DNA from: Clostridia bacterium
Lineage (GTDB): Bacteria; Bacillota; Clostridia; TANB77; CAG-508
Direction: 5' to 3'
Assembly: GCA_022790685.1 (NCBI GenBank)
Contig: JAAVXQ010000039.1
Location: forward strand, 1-42,363
Length of the DNA stretch: 42,363 bases
How positions within the stretch are numbered: the stretch's first letter is position 1; each line of letters opens with the position of its first letter. Both the position numbers and the translations under genes were made by a program. This document shows, piece after piece, positions 26,998-33,700 of the stretch. The notes beneath the pieces are model-generated. The model was not told where the DNA came from, ran no database searches, and was given only the letters and a program-made list of their open reading frames with translations.

Positions 26998-29133
26998 CTG
27001 AAAAAGACAGAAACAGAAAAATCGAATTTTAGATATAACCTTATAACAACAATTGTATATTTGATAGGAATAATAATATTAATTCAGTTATTTAACCTTC
27101 AAATAGTGCATGGAGAAGAATATAGAGAAGATTCAAACACAAGGCTTACAAGAGAAGCTAAGATAGAGGCAGCAAGAGGAAGTATAATGGATAGAACAGG
27201 AAGCTTACTTATAAGTACAGAACAAGGTTTTTCTCTTGAAATGTATAAAACAAAAGTTGAAGATGAAGACTTAAATAATTCCATATTAATAATGACTGAT
27301 ATATTAGAAAAGAATCAAGATGAGTATATAGATGAATTTCCAATAAGTATAGATCCATTTGAGTATCATTTTGATTCAGAAGAAAAGTTAGCAGAATGGA
27401 AGAAAAAGAATAAGATACCAGAAGCTGCATCAGCAGAAGAAGCTTTTTATTTATTTAGAGATAAATATAAAATAAAAACAGAAGATATTAAACAAATAAG
27501 ACAAATATTAGCAATAAGATATTCAATTTCAACAGTTGGATATTCAAGTAAAAGATCAATACAAATATCAAAAGAGATAAAAAGAGAAACAGCAGTACAA
27601 TTGCAAGAAATGTCTAATGATTTAATTGGTATAACAATAGTTACAGAGCCAATAAGAAAATATCATATGGGAAGTTTAGCATCACACATCTTAGGATATA
27701 CTAGTAAAATAACAAAAGCCAATAAAGATGAATTTACATCCAGAGGAGATAGCTATGAATATGAAAATGATGACAAAGTAGGACAAACTGGAATAGAAAA
27801 AGTTTTTGAAGAGTACTTAAGAGGCGAAGATGGAGAAAAGCAAATAGATATGTCTGTTGATGGTACAATTACAGGAGAATATACTTCTAAAGAGGCAATA
27901 GGAGGAGCTAATATTGTTTTAACTATAGATGCTAATTTACAAAGAATTGCAGAACGAGCATTAAGAGATAATATAGAGAAAATCAGGTCAGGAGGATTTG
28001 CAGAACAAGCAGAAACAAAAGGAGGAGCCGTTGTAGTAGCTAATGTAAATACAGGTGAAGTATTAGCAATGGCAAGCTATCCAGATTATGAGCCAGAACT
28101 TTTCTATAATGGAATAAGTCAAGAAAAATATGATGAATATAGAAATAATCCATATTTTCCATTTATGAATAAAGCTATAAGTCCATATCCACCAGGTTCA
28201 ATTTTCAAAATGGTAACAGCAATTGCTGCATTAGATTCTGGAGTTACAACAACAACAGAAAAAATTAATGATAATGGACCTTATTATGGAATAACAGATG
28301 AACATGCTAATCCACCTGCATGTTGGTTATATAATACTTATGGAAGAGGACATGGAAGACTAGATATTTCAGGAGCAATACAAAATTCATGTAACTACTT
28401 TTTCTATGAAGTAAGTACAAGAATGGGAATTGATACTTTTAATGAATATTCAAAATTCTTTGGACTTGGAAGAAAAACAGGAATAGAACTTCCAGCTGAG
28501 ACCTCGGGAACATTAGCAGGAAAAGAAGCTGCGCAGAATACTTCAGAAAAATGGTGGTCTCCAGCAAAAACAGCTTATGCATCAATAGGTCAAAGTTTAA
28601 ATAGTTTTTCACCACTTCAAATGGTAAGATACATTTCAATGATAGCAAATGGCGGACATAAAGTAGATATGACTCTTGTAAAAAATGTAGTGACAGCAAA
28701 TGGAACTCAAATATCAAAAAATGAAATTGAAGAATTTGTAAATAAAAAATTACAAGTACCAGAAGACACGTCACAAAATTTTGAATTTAGCCAAGAGCAT
28801 ATAGAAGCAGTAAAAATGGGAATGAGAGCTGCAACAGACGAGCCGGGAGGTACAGCATATTCTGTATTTAAGAACTTTGATATAGAAGTAGCTGGAAAAA
28901 CAGGATCAGCAGAAACTGGAAAATCAAAAGAAGCAGATGTATACGCATGGTTTGCAGGATTTGCACCATATGATAATCCAGAAATAGCAGTTGTAGTAAT
29001 GGTTGAAAATGGAAGACATGGTTCATATACAGCAGAAGTAGTAAGAGATATAATTTCAGAATATTTTGGAATGAATGTTAAAGATGTAGTTGAAAATATG
29101 TCAGCAAGAAGTGAAATAGAATCATTTAGATAG
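26998..29133 (+). CDS. mrdA: Penicillin-binding protein 2 (elongasome transpeptidase)
   Basis: PBP dimerisation region plus a transpeptidase domain with SIFK (SxxK), SCN (SxN) and KTGS (KTG). The start is uncertain; see the finding on a non-canonical start (CTG 26998 or ATT 26995). Confidence 0.85.
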   Translation: MKKTETEKSNFRYNLITTIVYLIGIIILIQLFNLQIVHGEEYREDSNTRLTREAKIEAARGSIMDRTGSLLISTEQGFSLEMYKTKVEDEDLNNSILIMTDILEKNQDEYIDEFPISIDPFEYHFDSEEKLAEWKKKNKIPEAASAEEAFYLFRDKYKIKTEDIKQIRQILAIRYSISTVGYSSKRSIQISKEIKRETAVQLQEMSNDLIGITIVTEPIRKYHMGSLASHILGYTSKITKANKDEFTSRGDSYEYENDDKVGQTGIEKVFEEYLRGEDGEKQIDMSVDGTITGEYTSKEAIGGANIVLTIDANLQRIAERALRDNIEKIRSGGFAEQAETKGGAVVVANVNTGEVLAMASYPDYEPELFYNGISQEKYDEYRNNPYFPFMNKAISPYPPGSIFKMVTAIAALDSGVTTTTEKINDNGPYYGITDEHANPPACWLYNTYGRGHGRLDISGAIQNSCNYFFYEVSTRMGIDTFNEYSKFFGLGRKTGIELPAETSGTLAGKEAAQNTSEKWWSPAKTAYASIGQSLNSFSPLQMVRYISMIANGGHKVDMTLVKNVVTANGTQISKNEIEEFVNKKLQVPEDTSQNFEFSQEHIEAVKMGMRAATDEPGGTAYSVFKNFDIEVAGKTGSAETGKSKEADVYAWFAGFAPYDNPEIAVVVMVENGRHGSYTAEVVRDIISEYFGMNVKDVVENMSARSEIESFR

Positions 29134-29146
29134 AAAGGAAATTAAA

Positions 29147-29752
29147 ATGTTAAACAATATTAAAATTAGCCAAACTACAGAAGAAATAATATTAAATGTT
29201 AATGTTATAGCAGATATGCAAGACATATTAGCTGAATTAGAAACAAAAATACCAAAGCTTAGAGATTTTTATCAATCTTCTAAAATACCGATTAGAGTTA
29301 AAGGTAAATTATTTACAGAAACAGAAATGGAAATGATAAAAAAAGTAATTAATTCAGAAATCGATGTAGAAATAAAATTTGATGATGTGTCAGATTTACT
29401 AGGGCTACATGCAATAAAGAAAACTTTTGAAACAAATACTGAAATATCTGAAACTAAATTTATACAAAATTCTATAAGATCAGGACAAAAGGAAGAATAT
29501 ACGGGAAGTTTAGTAATATGTGGAGATGTAAATGCAGGTGCCGAAATAATAGCTGGTGGAAATATAATAATAGTAGGAACTTTAAGAGGGCTTGCACATG
29601 CAGGAGCAAATGGAAATAAAAAAGCTATAATCTCAGCAAACTCTATAGATATAACTCAAGTTAGAATAGCTAATCTTGTAAAGGAAGTTGGAGAAAAAAT
29701 AGATAAATGTCCGATATGTAAAATAGATGTAAATGAAATTGTAATATCATAA
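29147..29752 (+). CDS. minC: Septum site-determining protein MinC
   Basis: C-terminal beta-helix motif GDVNAGAEIIAGGNIIIVGTLRGLAHAG. Confidence 0.85.
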   Translation: MLNNIKISQTTEEIILNVNVIADMQDILAELETKIPKLRDFYQSSKIPIRVKGKLFTETEMEMIKKVINSEIDVEIKFDDVSDLLGLHAIKKTFETNTEISETKFIQNSIRSGQKEEYTGSLVICGDVNAGAEIIAGGNIIIVGTLRGLAHAGANGNKKAIISANSIDITQVRIANLVKEVGEKIDKCPICKIDVNEIVIS

Positions 29753-29760
29753 AAGAGATA

Positions 29761-29788
29761 AAAACCATTCAATTTGAATGGTTTTTTT
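29761..29788. terminator. Bidirectional hairpin terminator between minC and the convergent gene
   Basis: AAAACCATTCAA/TTGAATGGTTTT palindrome with T runs on both strands. Confidence 0.7.
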
Positions 29789-29811
29789 ATACTTATGTAT
29801 ATTTAAGTATG

Positions 29812-30198
29812 CTATAAGATAAGTAGAACAAGAATGATTATTAGTATAAAGTCATAATCAGAGTTTTTAAAACTTTGAAAATTATTCATAGATTCTAGAG
29901 CAGTTAAAAGATTAGCAATCTTTACGTACTGCTCTAATTTTTCCTTTTTTGTATTCTCAAGATAAGGTTTTAAAGAATATAGAAGCTTATTTCTAGGAGA
30001 ATCTTTACTTTTGTTCATAGCAGTAAAGATATCTTTCATTTTTAATATAGTATCCATATCAAAAGAAAAATCGGAATTATTACTTTCTTCCGCATTTTCA
30101 CTATTATCAGAATTATTCATTATATTATTTAAATCTATATTTTTTTCTTTTAAAATATCTGAAAATTTATTTAAAACCTCTGAGAAATCTTCATTCAT
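29812..30198 (-). CDS. Hypothetical protein
   Basis: 128-aa product with an acidic Asn/Ser-rich N-terminal half and a hydrophobic C-terminus (FILIIILVLLIL). SD TGAGG. No family recognised. Confidence 0.5.
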   Translation of the reverse strand: MNEDFSEVLNKFSDILKEKNIDLNNIMNNSDNSENAEESNNSDFSFDMDTILKMKDIFTAMNKSKDSPRNKLLYSLKPYLENTKKEKLEQYVKIANLLTALESMNNFQSFKNSDYDFILIIILVLLIL

Positions 30199-30209
30199 TC
30201 TTTAAAACC

Positions 30210-30348
30210 TCATTTATTATTTTCTAAATTTTTTTTAATATCAGAATTCTCCAATATTTGTTGTGCTTTGTAGATGTTTTTTTCTAATTCTTCTTTATCC
30301 ATTTTAGAAATAACAGACAAAAGTTTATTAATATCCATGTTATTCAAT
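30210..30348 (-). pseudogene. Possible small ORF (~45 aa) broken by a +1 frameshift in a C run
   Basis: GGAGG SD 9 nt before TTG 30348. The frame reads (M)NNMDINKLLSVISKMG then stops. After dropping one C of 30299-30301 it continues DKEELEKNIYKAQQILENSDIKKNLENNK to TGA 30212-30210. Confidence 0.3.
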
Positions 30349-30497
30349 AGAAAATACCTCCTTTAGAAATACTTTGTATTATTAGTATATGAAAGGTAAA
30401 GAAAAAAGTTGACAATATAAAATATATTAAAAAAAACAATACAAAAGTCACAGATATTTAAATATATGCAATAAAAATAAAAATAGCACTCAGAAAG

Positions 30498-30526
30498 TTT
30501 ACATAAAAACAAAAAAGTGATATAAT
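30498..30526 (+). promoter_or_regulatory. Putative strong sigma-70-type promoter for the giant surface-protein genes
   Basis: TTTACA 30498-30503, 17-nt spacer ending in TGA (an extended -10 TG), TATAAT 30521-30526. Confidence 0.55.
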
Positions 30527-30789
30527 AATATTATGGATAAGTGCGCCTATTTTCCACAAACGGTATAAAAAAAGTGGATAACTACACATAAACAAAAATG
30601 TAATGAAAACTTAATAAAATAAAAAAGGACATCGAAAGGTAGAATTTCCGTAAAAAAGTTTAATTAAAAACTCTGTAACAATTGAAAATAGAGGAACTTT
30701 ACCTATGTACAAAGAAAAATAATTGTCGTATATTATTATATATAATATAAAAATAGGTCGTATTATGTCTAAAACTAAAGAAAAGGAGT

Positions 30790-33700
30790 ATGGAGAAAAT
30801 GGAAACAAAGTTAAGAAAAGTCTTAATATTAATAATTATTTTCATGATGATGTTTTCAAATTTTGGATTTACCATAAAAGCAATAGCTACATCAGATGAA
30901 TTCCAAGTAATTTCAAATGGATTTTTCAGAAAAGACGAAGTAAAATTTTCTGGATATTTTGAAAACGAAGATGGAAAGCAAACAAATGAAGTAATTAATA
31001 ATGCAAAACAAAGAGCAATTCTAAAATTTAATATTAAGCCTCAAGTAGAAGGGTATTTGAAAAACGCAAATATAAAGGCAGTAGCCACAGATGGCACTGA
31101 CTTAAATTTTAGATTTGTGTCTGCTAAAAACATGCTTGATGAAATAAATCAAGAAGAAGAGAAAGAAGATACACAGTTTGAAGTGAAAAATGAAAATAAA
31201 GATTTATCAGAAATTTCTGCTATGAACGAAATAGAAAATACAAGTTTAGAAAATTCTGTAAATGAAAATCAAGCATCAAATGTAATAAATGAGATTTCAA
31301 ATGATGCAAATGAAATATCAAACAGTGTATCAAAGGAATTAAATTCTAATACGGTGGAAAACAGTATTGCAAATGAGATAAGCAACAATACTGTTTCTAA
31401 TGATGTGCCTTTAGAAGAGGAAGAAGAATTTATAGATGAAGAGGAATATATAAAACAAGAACAAGAGACAGAAACAGAAGTAGAAAAAGAAAAACTAGTT
31501 TCTGATGTTAAACTTGTTAATGATAATGAAATTAGTCTTGTAAATATTCTAGAAGATACAACTTTAGAAGTAGTAATAGAATTTAATCAAAAAGACGAAA
31601 TAAATATAGCAGACTTATACAAAGAGATAAGCTTTAGATTAACAGGTACATATATAAATGTAAAGTTAGAAGAAGTTGATATAGCAAAAGAACAACTAAT
31701 GAACATTGGTTGGAAATATAGTAAAGATATCGAAGTTACAAGTGAATATACAAAATTTTCTCCATTTAAAATAGGTGAAGTAACAGGTATAATTGCTGAA
31801 AATAAAATAGTACTTGCAAGAAATATAGAAGATAGTAAATATTTACCTATAAAAAATACAAATATAGAAATAATGGTTCCTACAGTTAATGGAAAAATGC
31901 CAATGAGTGTAGATGTACAAGCCACAAAGTTGATGGCAACAAAAGGACAAGATAGTGGATATGTAGAATTTACAAATAACAATTGGACATATGATCAAAA
32001 TGAAGGAAAGATTATTATAAATGTAAATAATGACATAGATGGAAAAGCAAAAAATTCTTTAGGTGAAGACGAATACGTTATTATATATAGATTTGATGAA
32101 TATACAGAAAATGAAACTGTTAGATTAGATAGAAATGTAAAAGTAACAGTAGAAGAATATAGTGCAAAAGAAAATAGCATATTAGAAAAAACAATTGATG
32201 ATAATGTAGAAATACAAACTAATAAAGGTGAATTAATAACATATAGTATTAGCTCATCAGAAGAAAAAATAAATAAAGCTAAAATATATGCAAATTATAA
32301 CTCACCTGATGCACCATATGAAACAGAATATACAAGTAATATAAGATTAAATGTACTTACAAGTGACATGCTAGAGGAACTAAAAATAGATAGTTCAAAA
32401 GAATATTTTATAGATAAGAATGGAACAGAGCTTGAGGCTTCAGGAATTAAATACAAGAAAATGACATTTAACTATAATGATATAAAATCAACATTAGAAA
32501 AAGGTGGAGCAGTAGAAATATATTCATTAGAGGGAGCACTTATATATACACTAACAAAAGATTTAGTAAAATCACAAGATGATTGTACAATAAATATGAA
32601 TAATGAACCAGGAGTTATTATACAAGTAAGAGATGTATCAGCTAATGGAAAAATAGATGTAGAAATAACAAAAGCAATAGGAAGACCAGAAATAGACAAA
32701 TCAATATTTGCAAACTTTAGAAGAATAGAAAGCAGAATTACAGCAGAAGTAAAATATGCAAATATAGAAGAAAGATTAACACTTCCACTAATAGGAACAT
32801 CAAAAGAATTTGAAGAAAGTTATACAAAAGCTACATTAAGTATAAACAAACCAAATTTAACAACAATGCAAGAAAATGAGAATGTAGAGCTTAAAATAGA
32901 ACTTAACAATGATAGTCAAAAAAGTGACTTATATGTTAATCCAACATTTGAACTTGTTTATCCAAAACATATAAAAGAAGTTGAACTTGAAAGTATAAAT
33001 GTAATATATGATAGTGGTTTAACAGTAAAACATTTTGAAACATATAGAGATGGTGAAAACTTAAAAACAAGAATAGAGCTAGATGGAATTCAAACAAGCT
33101 TTATAGAAAACTCAATGACAAATGGTACAAATATAATTTTAAATACAAGAATGAAAATAGATGAATATACACCAAGAAAAGAAGATCAAATTAAACTTTA
33201 TTACTATAATGAAGGTGTAAGTAATTATCAAACACAAACAATGTGGAAAGTAAATAAAACTATTCCAAATAATATTTTAAAACAAACAAATGGATTTGAT
33301 GTAGCATTAATTAATTATCAAGCACCAGTTGGATTAATTGCTATAAATGGAATGAGAAATTATGATGGTGAAGGTTCAGAATTAAGATCTGTAAAACAAG
33401 GAACAATGACAAGACAAATCCAAAGAGAAAGAGCAGAAGTAAATACAACAATGGATTTATTAGTTCTTAACAATACAGGAAATGAATGCTCAGACATAAC
33501 AATGCTTGGAAGAGTACCTTTTAAAGGAAATAAAGATGTAATAACAGGAGAGAACTTAGGAACTAATATAGATGTAAGATTAGTAGGTTCTATTCAAGAA
33601 GACAGTGAAAATTCAGCTAAAGCAACAATATACTATTCAGCAAAAGCTGATGCAAATAAGAATTTAAATGATTCATCAAATGGATGGACAACAGATGTTC

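Noticed and set aside
30527-30789. Possible c-di-GMP or other riboswitch upstream of the adhesin-like genes.
   Set aside because: I looked for the conserved G/C-rich cores of the GEMM-I and GEMM-II classes and found nothing resembling them. The leader is too AT-rich. The question is left as a leader observation only.
30611-30808. 65-aa minus-strand ORF in the leader of the giant gene.
   Set aside because: It has no SD, it overlaps the SD and start of the plus-strand giant gene, and its hydrophobic low-complexity product is typical of AT-rich noise.
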